From Candidatus Zixiibacteriota bacterium (GTDB lineage: Bacteria; Zixibacteria; MSB-5A5; GN15; FEB-12), in NCBI GenBank assembly GCA_020351995.1, contig CP070674.1, forward strand, positions 1,064,467-1,128,466: a stretch of DNA of 64,000 bases, read 5' to 3'. The position numbers and the translations under genes are program-made. A model generated the notes under the pieces. The model was not told the origin of the DNA, made no database searches, and was given only the letters and a program-made list of their open reading frames with translations. How positions within the stretch are numbered: the stretch's first letter is position 1; each line of letters opens with the position of its first letter. Shown one piece after another: positions 10,039 through 18,179 of this stretch.

Positions 10039-10665
10039 TTGCCCCTGATGTATAGCCTGAAAATAGAGAATCTGGCCAAGAGATTCGGTCCCAGAAAGGT
10101 CTTCGCGGACATCAACTTTGAACTTCAGACCGGAGGTTCAATCGCTATTGTCGGACCCAATGGCTCGGGTAAATCGACTCTGGTCAAAGTCATCCTCGGT
10201 CTGCTCAGACCCACCCTGGGGACCGTTGGTTTTTCGCTGGATGGCAAAAACATGACTGAGTCCGAAACTCGTTCGCGGACCTCGTTCGTGGCTCCTTACC
10301 TGAGTCTTTATGATCACTTGTCCGGTGAGGAGAATCTCAAGTTCTTCTCCGCGGTGGCGGGAGATCATGTGACCGGCAAGGAAATCAACGCCCTGCTGGC
10401 ACGGGTGGGTCTGGAAGGGAGAGGCACCGACTACTTGGCCGACTACTCGTCAGGAATGAAACAGCGCTTGAAATACGCCGTGGCCCTACTCAATAAACCC
10501 GATTTTCTGTTCCTGGATGAGCCGACCTCAAATCTCGATGAGGAAGGGAAGGGCATGGTATCACAGTTGGTAGAGCAGTATCGCAAGCAAAGTATGGTTG
10601 TGTTAGCCACCAACGAACCACAGGAGTATGGTTTTGCCGAACAAATCTGCCGGCTTGGCGGCTAA
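10039..10665 (+). CDS. ccmA: Heme exporter ATP-binding protein CcmA
   Basis: 208 aa. Walker A GPNGSGKST, signature YSSGMKQRL, Walker B LFLDEP. The start may instead be the ATG at 10048. Confidence 0.85.
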   Translation: MPLMYSLKIENLAKRFGPRKVFADINFELQTGGSIAIVGPNGSGKSTLVKVILGLLRPTLGTVGFSLDGKNMTESETRSRTSFVAPYLSLYDHLSGEENLKFFSAVAGDHVTGKEINALLARVGLEGRGTDYLADYSSGMKQRLKYAVALLNKPDFLFLDEPTSNLDEEGKGMVSQLVEQYRKQSMVVLATNEPQEYGFAEQICRLGG

Positions 10666-11317
10666 AGCTTTTGCGGTTTACGCCAAAGACATGCGTCTTG
10701 AGTTGCGTTCTCGATACGCCCTCAACGCGATTTTGATGTTCGGTATTACCACTCTCGCCGTAGTCTCATTTTCTCTCGGTCAGTTCGGTCTGTCGCCGAA
10801 GTTCCTCGCGGCCCTGTTCTGGATTATTATGTTCTTCTCGGCTATGTCCGGCCTGGCTCAAGCATTTATCAGGGAAGAAGAAGCGCAGACGGTCCTCGCC
10901 TTGAAACTGACAGCGGACCCGGACGCGATATACATTGGCAAACTGTTGTTCAATTTCACCCTGCTGGGCATCATGACAGTAATAGTGACCCCGTTGTTTT
11001 TCATCTTCACTGACGCCCCCACGGCCAACCTCTTTCGCTTTATACTTGTGCTGATTCTCGGGATCATTGGGCTGTGTGGTGCGACTACATTGGTGGCGGC
11101 CATAATTTCCAAAGCCTCTGTCAAGGGCGCTCTGTTTTCCGTCCTGTCATTTCCTGTTCTCATGCCCCTGCTGATTTCACTTGTAAGCGCTTCGGAGAAA
11201 GTCTTCGACGGCTTGCCCCTGGGGAACATTGCGGCGGAATTACAGTTTCTGTTAGCATATGCCGTGATAATGGTCACGGCGTCGATTATGCTGTTCAAGT
11301 TCGTATGGCAGGAGTAA
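10628..11317 (+). CDS. ccmB: Heme exporter membrane protein CcmB
   Basis: 229 aa polytopic membrane protein between ccmA and ccmC. The start is uncertain because the tracked start overlaps ccmA by 38 nt; an internal Met lies at about 10691. Confidence 0.8.
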   Translation: MVLPNKSAGLAAKAFAVYAKDMRLELRSRYALNAILMFGITTLAVVSFSLGQFGLSPKFLAALFWIIMFFSAMSGLAQAFIREEEAQTVLALKLTADPDAIYIGKLLFNFTLLGIMTVIVTPLFFIFTDAPTANLFRFILVLILGIIGLCGATTLVAAIISKASVKGALFSVLSFPVLMPLLISLVSASEKVFDGLPLGNIAAELQFLLAYAVIMVTASIMLFKFVWQE

Positions 11318-11411
11318 CCGGGGCCATGAAGGACGACCAGATGGCTGAATTTTGTTGCTATTTTATTACCCGGATGTATAATTAGCAGCACTTTGAAAGA
11401 GAATTGAACAA

Positions 11412-12068
11412 ATGTGGTGGAAGATACTGCTTTTCTTGGCCATGTCGGCCCTAATTGTTCTCAGCTACGTTACACCCATGCCGCAAAAACAGATCGGTGA
11501 GGCAAGTCGAATCTTCTACTACCATATCCCGCAAGCGTGGATCTGTGTCGTTGCCTTCGCCATGTCTATGGTCTTTTCCATACGGTATCTGAGGTCCCAT
11601 AATATTGGCGAAGATGATAAGGCTGTGGTGGCTGCTCGCCTCGGCTTTGTATTCTGCTTGCTGGCCACTATCACCGGCTCGATATTCGCCAGAGTGACCT
11701 GGGGCTCGTTCTGGAACTGGGACCCACGGGAAACTTCGATATTCATCCTGTTGTTAATATACGGGGCATATTTTGCCCTGCGCGGAGCGGTCGAGATCGA
11801 AGAAAAACGGGCCTCACTTTCAGCCGTATATTCGATATTCGCTTTCGTAACCGTTCCGTTCTTGATATTTGTGGTGCCGCGAATTGTACCGTCGCTTCAC
11901 CCTGAAGACTCGATTGTCGACGAGAATTTGAAATTTACGATGGGCCCGACCGTCCGGACAATATTCTTTTCGTCGCTGGCGCTTTTCACGGGGCTCTATT
12001 TTTGGATGTTTAACCTTGCGAGAAGGATTCAGCGTGTCCAGCGAATCCGGCTTGAAAAGGAGATATAG
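11412..12068 (+). CDS. ccmC: Heme exporter / heme-handling protein CcmC
   Basis: 218 aa. WWD-type motif WGSFWNWDPRE and flanking conserved His residues. Confidence 0.88.
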   Translation: MWWKILLFLAMSALIVLSYVTPMPQKQIGEASRIFYYHIPQAWICVVAFAMSMVFSIRYLRSHNIGEDDKAVVAARLGFVFCLLATITGSIFARVTWGSFWNWDPRETSIFILLLIYGAYFALRGAVEIEEKRASLSAVYSIFAFVTVPFLIFVVPRIVPSLHPEDSIVDENLKFTMGPTVRTIFFSSLALFTGLYFWMFNLARRIQRVQRIRLEKEI

Positions 12069-12182
12069 ATGGACGACAACTATATAGCCATGATAGTAAC
12101 CCTGGTCATATGGATCGGGTTGTTCCTGTTCTTAATAAGACTGGACAAGAGAGTAAAGAACATCGAGGAGAAAAATAGATGA
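12069..12182 (+). CDS. ccmD: CcmD-like small membrane protein (not in ORF track, <60 aa)
   Basis: 37-aa ORF MDDNYIAMIVTLVIWIGLFLFLIRLDKRVKNIEEKNR with one TM helix and a basic tail. Its ATG directly abuts the ccmC stop. Its stop overlaps the ccmE start (ATGA). Confidence 0.75.
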   Translation: MDDNYIAMIVTLVIWIGLFLFLIRLDKRVKNIEEKNR

Positions 12183-12616
12183 AGGCCAAGTACATCATTG
12201 GCGGCATCATTATAGTGGTCTTTACCGTCTGGGGGGCGTCGGCTTTTCTCAAAACAACTATTCAGTATGTCTCAATTGAAGAGGCCGCCAAAGCCGAACG
12301 CACCGTGCAGGTGTTGGGGAAAATCGACTTTGACCGGGTTGTCTACAACGCCGAGGATTCCCGACTGGAGTTTGCCATATACGACGCCGAGGCTGAGAGC
12401 AAGGTTGGAGCCAAGACCCTCAACGTTGTTTACTACGGTGTGGTACCCGGCAATTTCGATCAGGCCACATCGGTTGTTCTTAAGGGAAAAAGTGATGGAG
12501 ACTATTTCGTCGCCGACCAGATGCTGGTGAAGTGCCCGTCCAAGTATCAGGGAGAAGGTGGCGAATATCAGGATCCGAAGAAACATGATGAGGCCGTTAA
12601 GGAAGCCGGAGTATAA
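12179..12616 (+). CDS. ccmE: Cytochrome c maturation heme chaperone CcmE, CXXXY variant
   Basis: 145 aa with an N-terminal TM anchor and an OB-fold-like body. The heme-binding position reads VKCPSKY (Cys codon 12533-12535) instead of the canonical H-X3-Y. Confidence 0.85.
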   Translation: MKAKYIIGGIIIVVFTVWGASAFLKTTIQYVSIEEAAKAERTVQVLGKIDFDRVVYNAEDSRLEFAIYDAEAESKVGAKTLNVVYYGVVPGNFDQATSVVLKGKSDGDYFVADQMLVKCPSKYQGEGGEYQDPKKHDEAVKEAGV

Positions 12617-12618
12617 AT

Positions 12619-14964
12619 ATGAGTGATAATGCCCCCGGCGACCTGCTGATCCTGCTGGCCCTTGCCTTCAACCTCGTGGCCGGAATTTCCTTTTTCCTGA
12701 CCGCCCGCGGCGACCGTTCGCGCGAGAGCCTGGCTCACAAGAGCTATAATTTCTTCACCGCTTTGACTATTCTGGCGGCGGCCTATTTGTTTTACCTGTT
12801 CTTTTCGCACAACTATGCCATCAAATATGTCCATGACTATTCGGACAATTCGCTCTCGTTCTTTTACACCCTGTCGGCCTTCTGGGGCGGACAGGAAGGT
12901 ACCTATCTTATGTGGCTGATGCTGAACGCCCTGTTTGGATATATTATCATCCGGCGCGGGGGACAGTACAAAAACTGGGCCATGGTCGTCTTTAGCTCGG
13001 TCAATTTGTTCTTTCTGGTGATCATGCTAAACCTTTCGCCCTTCGCCATGCTCGACTATCGTCCCGCCGACGGCGCCGGGCTCAACCCGCTTCTTCAAGA
13101 TCCCTGGATGGTCATACACCCCCCGGTCATATTTGTCGGATATGCTATGGCAGCGGTTCCGTACGCCTTGGTCATGGCTGCTCTCATTAAGGGTGATTTT
13201 TCCGACTGGCTAAGAAAGGCCTTCCCCTGGGCGGCTATTACTGCTTTGACCCTGGCAGCGGGTAACATCCTTGGCGGATACTGGGCTTACAAAACCCTTG
13301 GCTGGGGCGGTTACTGGGCGTGGGATCCGGTGGAAAATTCTTCATTCATCCCGTGGTTCGCCTCGCTGGCCTTGCTGCACGGGCTGATAATTCAGAAACG
13401 TTCAGGTGCCTTGCATAAGACCAACATATTACTTACCTCGTTTGTCTTTGTCCTGGTGATCTACGGAACTTTCCTCACTCGCAGTGGTGTTCTCTCCGAT
13501 TTTTCCGTTCACAGTTTTGTTGACCTGGGCATTAACCAGTACCTGGTCGGCTTCCTCGCCTTCTACGTACTGCTGACTCTGGTGTTGTTCGGCTGGAGAG
13601 TTTTTCGAATCAACCGCGTGCCGCTCAACTACAACTTCTACAACAAGGAGTTTGTGCTTTTCATGGCTATGGATCTGCTCTTTATGTTCTCTGTCATCGT
13701 TCTGTTCTGGACATCGCTGCCTATTCTCTCAGGTTGGTTTTCGTCGGAGCCGCGTGCTGCCGACGTGGTTACCTACAATAATTTTGCTCTCCCATTCGCT
13801 ATCTTCTTCTCACTTCTCTTGACCATCTCTCCGTTTCTAAATTACAATAATTTCGAACCTCGTCGCTGGAAGCTGAAGTTGCTGATTGTCGCGGCCGCCT
13901 CGCTGGTCGTCGGCTTCGGGCTCTTCCACCTGTTAGCCGGGACGACTATTGTTTTCTCCGCCGTTCTGAGTATTTTGCTGACAGGGCTGATGATGTATAT
14001 ATTCAAGTCGGATCTGATCAAATCAATCGCGCCCTCGATGGTGGTCTTCTCACTGGTAATAATTGCCTGTGCCTTGCTCAATATCAGCGAGTATTTCTAT
14101 ATTCTGTTCTTCGCGACGGCGGCTATGGCGGTTGTCTCAAATCTCCAATCGATATTTAGTTTCCTACCCGGCCGCTGGAAAATAATGGGCGGCCAGCTCA
14201 CACACCTGGGCTTCGGCATAATGATAATCGGCGTCCTGGCCTCTTCGGCTTTTTCGACCGACCAGAAGCTTGTATTACCGCGCGGCGACAAGGGCGAGGC
14301 CTACGGGTTGACGGTCTCTTATCAAGGGATGCGAAACGATATCTCGTTTCCCAAGAATGAATTGTTCCTCACCTACGAGCAGGACGGCGAGACTTTCGAG
14401 GCCGAACCTCAGCTGTATTTCTCCGAGCGTCTTAACGGTATCATGAGAAAACCCTACATCCAGAGAAATTTGCTTCACGATTTGTATTTCTCGCCCGAGC
14501 AGATCCAGGCGATGCATGACCATAACGGTTTGGTTCTGGCCAGGGGTGAGACAAAAGCCGTTAATGACTATGAGTTCACTTTCCTCGGTTTCGACATGCC
14601 CGAGCATGGATCCAAAACCGAGATGAGCGTCGTGGCCGATGTTGAAGTCAGGCATAATGGCCAAGTGTCCAAAATCCGTCCGGCGGTGAGAATCACCATC
14701 GGTCCCGGTGGCAAGCAAACCACCGACATCCCGGCGGAGTTCGGTGAGGACAACCGCTACCAGGCTACCATAAGTCAGATTATTGCCGATAACGGTTCGG
14801 TTGCCCTGAGTGTGCCTGGCCTGTTGGAAGCCGGGCCTCCCGACCGCCTCATATTATCCATCACCAAAAAGCCTGTCATAAATCTTGTGTGGATTGGTAC
14901 CACCCTGATTCTCCTGGGTACACTCATTGTCTTCATTCGAAGGCGTGGCGAGATGGCCGCTTAG
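12619..14964 (+). CDS. ccmF: Cytochrome c-type biogenesis protein CcmF
   Basis: 781 aa polytopic protein. WWD motif WGGYWAWDPVENSS. Confidence 0.9.
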   Translation: MSDNAPGDLLILLALAFNLVAGISFFLTARGDRSRESLAHKSYNFFTALTILAAAYLFYLFFSHNYAIKYVHDYSDNSLSFFYTLSAFWGGQEGTYLMWLMLNALFGYIIIRRGGQYKNWAMVVFSSVNLFFLVIMLNLSPFAMLDYRPADGAGLNPLLQDPWMVIHPPVIFVGYAMAAVPYALVMAALIKGDFSDWLRKAFPWAAITALTLAAGNILGGYWAYKTLGWGGYWAWDPVENSSFIPWFASLALLHGLIIQKRSGALHKTNILLTSFVFVLVIYGTFLTRSGVLSDFSVHSFVDLGINQYLVGFLAFYVLLTLVLFGWRVFRINRVPLNYNFYNKEFVLFMAMDLLFMFSVIVLFWTSLPILSGWFSSEPRAADVVTYNNFALPFAIFFSLLLTISPFLNYNNFEPRRWKLKLLIVAAASLVVGFGLFHLLAGTTIVFSAVLSILLTGLMMYIFKSDLIKSIAPSMVVFSLVIIACALLNISEYFYILFFATAAMAVVSNLQSIFSFLPGRWKIMGGQLTHLGFGIMIIGVLASSAFSTDQKLVLPRGDKGEAYGLTVSYQGMRNDISFPKNELFLTYEQDGETFEAEPQLYFSERLNGIMRKPYIQRNLLHDLYFSPEQIQAMHDHNGLVLARGETKAVNDYEFTFLGFDMPEHGSKTEMSVVADVEVRHNGQVSKIRPAVRITIGPGGKQTTDIPAEFGEDNRYQATISQIIADNGSVALSVPGLLEAGPPDRLILSITKKPVINLVWIGTTLILLGTLIVFIRRRGEMAA

Positions 14965-15053
14965 GCTGACAGATATCCGTCGACAGCACCCCCGGCTATC
15001 TCTCCGCTTCCAATCCCTGCTCGACTGCTTTCATAATATTTTTGCGTTCATAC

Positions 15054-15082
15054 TTGACAAGGGAAGCGATTGCTGTAATTAT
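15054..15082 (+). promoter_or_regulatory. Sigma70-type promoter of the riboswitch-btuB unit
   Basis: TTGACA (15054-15059), 17-nt spacer, AATTAT (15077-15082). Confidence 0.5.
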
Positions 15083-15087
15083 TACCT

Positions 15088-15256
15088 GACATCGTTACGG
15101 TGCCGTCATTGGTGGACGGGTAATAGGGAAGACGGTGCGAATCCGTCGCAGCCCCGCTACTGTGTCGGTTACTCTCGAAGCATCATGCCACCTGTCGCCG
15201 ACGGGGAAGGCGCTTTGGGGGGGTCGAAACCGAAGCCAGGAAACCTGCCGTAGCCA
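15088..15256 (+). promoter_or_regulatory. Cobalamin (B12) riboswitch
   Basis: Conserved core strings AATAGGGAA, GGTGCGAATCC, GCAGCCCCGCTACTGT, GCCACCTG...GGGAAGGC and the B12-box-like AAGCCAGGAAACCTGCC. It lies directly upstream of a TonB-dependent receptor. A short TCCTC/GAGGA hairpin can cover the SD GGAGGA at 15331-15336. Confidence 0.85.
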
Positions 15257-15340
15257 AACCGCTTTCTTGCCGTCAGCGCGGGCTGACAGGTGGCTAACAG
15301 CCCGTCCGCGAAGCGCTGACGGTCCTCAGAGGAGGATACC

Positions 15341-17371
15341 GTGAAGCGCGTTTTTTATGCCTTCATCGTGGCTGTTCTCGGTGCGATGGGACCCGACACA
15401 GCCGCTCAGACATCCGATTTTTCCGAACCCACGCCGCTGGCCGATAGTATCGTGGTGACCGCCAACCGGGTGGGTATATCGGCCTGGAAATCAATCTGGC
15501 CGGTGGCCGTGGTTACGCCCGCAAAACTGAAGAACAGCGAAAGCCTGGAAACCGTTCTCGATGGCGAGGCCGGTCTGGATATCCGCAACTACAATGGTTT
15601 CGGATCCCTTTCAACCCTCTCTAACTGGGGCGTCTTTGCCCGGCACGTCCTGCTGGTTTACAACGGGCGCGTGGTCAAGGATTATTCCTTGGGGGGCTTC
15701 AACCTCTCGGACTTCAGCGCCGAAGAGATCCAGCGAGTGGAAATCCTCAAAGGACCGCAGTCCGCCTTTTACGGTGCCGATGCCGTCGGGGGTGTGGTTA
15801 ACTTGATCACGAACAATTACATGACCGACGACCTCAACCTGTCTGTCAAGCGCGGTTCTTTTGGATACCAGCAGTATGCCGCTAACATATCGCGCCGCCT
15901 CGGCCGTTTCGGCCTTGCCGCCCATGCCGAATTCGCCAGCAGTGATAATCATCGCCACAATGCCGGCAGCGGGCGAAGTGTCTTCAGTTTAACCAGCGGC
16001 TATCTTTCTCCGGATGGGAGACATCACCTGTCATTATCGGCTCGCTACTTCAATGACAGCCTCGGGGTTCCCGGGCCTCAACCGAATCAGTCTTATATCC
16101 CGGTATATGGTGATGACCAGTCGTGGTCGTTGTATGACCACCAGAAAGACGAAAACTACTCGGCCGATTTGCAGTACCGTTATTCCAGCGAGAATGCGGG
16201 TAATATTCAGCTCGATTTTTTCTGGGAAAAGAAGAACCTGGACTACAACTCTCTCTACAATTACCAATATTCATATTACGAGACACCTGATTCGAGCCTG
16301 GCTGTCGATTCTGTGGACGTGTTCGGAAAATCAGTGTACAACAAACGTTCCGCCGGGCTTTGTGCGCGTTATCAGAGACAAATCGGCCGGTTTCAGCTCG
16401 CCGGCGGCATTGACTACCTTTCCGGCTCCGTTCGCGCCACCACCGAAGACCTTCGCATCGCCACCAATATTGTTGGTCCGTACGCTCCCTACGAATATAG
16501 CTACGTCATCTACAGTTTCTGGAAAGGGGCCCAGGACCAGTTTGATGTCTGGTCGAATGCCATTCTGCGTTTGAATGACTATACCCAGCTCGACCTGAGC
16601 GGGCGCCTGCAATTTGTCGACGGTCGCAAAACCCAGCCGGCCTACAACGTCGGCCTTATTCTCGCTCCCCACGAACAACTGCAAATGAAAGTCGGTTACG
16701 CTTTTGCCTACCGGCTTCCAACAATTGCCGAGCAGTTCGCTGAAGATTTCTTTACAGCCGGAAACGATGATCTCAAAGCCGAAACCGCGCGGTCGATTAT
16801 GGCTACCATTGACTTCAATACCGGCCATCCGGGGTTCTCTTCCCGGGTGACCGCATTTCATCAGGAGGTTGACTCTCTGATCGGGTACCAGCTCGACTGG
16901 GGTACTTTCCTTTACGTTCCCCGCAATGTCGACCGGTTTGAAACCGATGGCGCTGACATTGCCCTTGCTTACCAATGGAAACGGACTCTCTCCCTTCAAT
17001 GGAACTCCGTAATTCAGGATGCTAAACAAACCATGGCTACCCGGGAAGGATATGTCGATGCCTTTTATGTGCCGGGCCTTAAGTGGCGATTCGATATATC
17101 GGGATGCTACGACCGGCTTACTTATGGTTTCAACGTCAGTTATACTTCCGACCGTTCTATAATAATTGGGGAAGATACGAAGGTTATCGAGAGCGTGTAC
17201 GAACTGGGCGCGAACTTGGGTATCAGTCTCACCAGAGGGCTCACTTTTAGCCTTACCGGATACGACCTCACCGATGAAGGCAGGTCGGACCAGTTTGGAT
17301 TCACTCTCGACGACCACGACTACCCTTCGCCCGGTGTGCGTTTCGTCGCCGGGATAAGCTACCAACTTTAA
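15341..17371 (+). CDS. btuB: TonB-dependent outer-membrane receptor, BtuB-like (B12/corrinoid uptake inferred from the riboswitch)
   Basis: 676 aa. GTG start 5 nt after the SD GAGGAGGA. Signal peptide, TonB-box-like DSIVVTANR, plug motifs (IEILKGPQSAFYGADAVGGVVNLIT) and a long beta-barrel. Confidence 0.85.
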   Translation: MKRVFYAFIVAVLGAMGPDTAAQTSDFSEPTPLADSIVVTANRVGISAWKSIWPVAVVTPAKLKNSESLETVLDGEAGLDIRNYNGFGSLSTLSNWGVFARHVLLVYNGRVVKDYSLGGFNLSDFSAEEIQRVEILKGPQSAFYGADAVGGVVNLITNNYMTDDLNLSVKRGSFGYQQYAANISRRLGRFGLAAHAEFASSDNHRHNAGSGRSVFSLTSGYLSPDGRHHLSLSARYFNDSLGVPGPQPNQSYIPVYGDDQSWSLYDHQKDENYSADLQYRYSSENAGNIQLDFFWEKKNLDYNSLYNYQYSYYETPDSSLAVDSVDVFGKSVYNKRSAGLCARYQRQIGRFQLAGGIDYLSGSVRATTEDLRIATNIVGPYAPYEYSYVIYSFWKGAQDQFDVWSNAILRLNDYTQLDLSGRLQFVDGRKTQPAYNVGLILAPHEQLQMKVGYAFAYRLPTIAEQFAEDFFTAGNDDLKAETARSIMATIDFNTGHPGFSSRVTAFHQEVDSLIGYQLDWGTFLYVPRNVDRFETDGADIALAYQWKRTLSLQWNSVIQDAKQTMATREGYVDAFYVPGLKWRFDISGCYDRLTYGFNVSYTSDRSIIIGEDTKVIESVYELGANLGISLTRGLTFSLTGYDLTDEGRSDQFGFTLDDHDYPSPGVRFVAGISYQL

Positions 17372-17569
17372 AGATCGTCAGTCAAACTGCTCGGCCGGGG
17401 CCCGTATTAGGGGCTCCGGTCTGATATATGTCTCAGCGATTTATTGCCAATCCGGCGGTTTGGCTATGGAGGACTGCAAATTTACAGTTTATGGGAACCT
17501 TCGGCACAATCCGCTATTAATGGGAATAAGATAGTCGAGGGGCTCACATCTCGAAAAATCTCATTATTG

Positions 17570-17598
17570 TTGACATCTTTCAATCCTGGTAGTATATA
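17570..17598 (+). promoter_or_regulatory. Near-consensus sigma70 promoter
   Basis: TTGACA (17570-17575), 17-nt spacer, TATATA (17593-17598). Confidence 0.6.
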
Positions 17599-17649
17599 AA
17601 TGGCCCCTTAAGCTGGTTAACTTACTCTCTTAAACTCCGTGAGTAGTCT

Positions 17650-18078
17650 GTGATGGATAAGTGGCATTTTGAGTATGTTCTGGACGCCGATGTCGAGAAC
17701 GCGATCATGTATGAGAAAATTTACGGTGTATGGCGGGTCGAGACAGCCGAGAATTACAACCGCGACTACGTCGAAGAGGCCAGGGAGCTTGTTAAAAAAC
17801 CCTGGGCGAAACTCATCGACCTGTCGAACTGGAAAACCGGATCACCTGAGGTAATTGAAAAGATAGGCGAACACCTCGAGTGGTGCCGCAAGAACAATAT
17901 GATCTGGTCGATCAATATTATCAACAACCCGGTTACATACTCGCAGCTTCAAAAGATGTTCTCAAAAGGCGGCACGAAGAATATCTCCAAGACATTTCGT
18001 ACCCGTGAGGAAGCCGAGCGTTTTCTCAAACAACAGGGTTTCAAACTGCGGCCATCGAACGGCGGTAACTACAGATAA
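17650..18078 (+). CDS. Hypothetical cytoplasmic protein
   Basis: 142-aa ORF (GTG 17650 or ATG 17653) with its own promoter and terminator. I recognise no motif with confidence. Confidence 0.55.
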   Translation: MMDKWHFEYVLDADVENAIMYEKIYGVWRVETAENYNRDYVEEARELVKKPWAKLIDLSNWKTGSPEVIEKIGEHLEWCRKNNMIWSINIINNPVTYSQLQKMFSKGGTKNISKTFRTREEAERFLKQQGFKLRPSNGGNYR

Positions 18079-18121
18079 CGATCTTATGCCTTTGTCGGTA
18101 TTTGACCGGAATCCCAAAAGC

Positions 18122-18155
18122 AAACCGGCCACAAGCCTATATTCATGGCCGGTTT
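18122..18155. terminator. Bidirectional terminator hairpin between convergent genes
   Basis: Perfect 10-bp stem AAACCGGCCA / TGGCCGGTTT with a 14-nt loop. Confidence 0.6.
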
Positions 18156-18179
18156 ACCCTTTGGCTAATAAACCGGTCT

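Noticed and set aside
15323-15336. A short TCCTC/GAGGA hairpin covering the btuB SD, considered as the riboswitch expression platform.
   Set aside because: It has only 5 bp and could form constitutively. I cannot show by eye that it depends on the aptamer state, so it is mentioned only as a possibility in the riboswitch feature.
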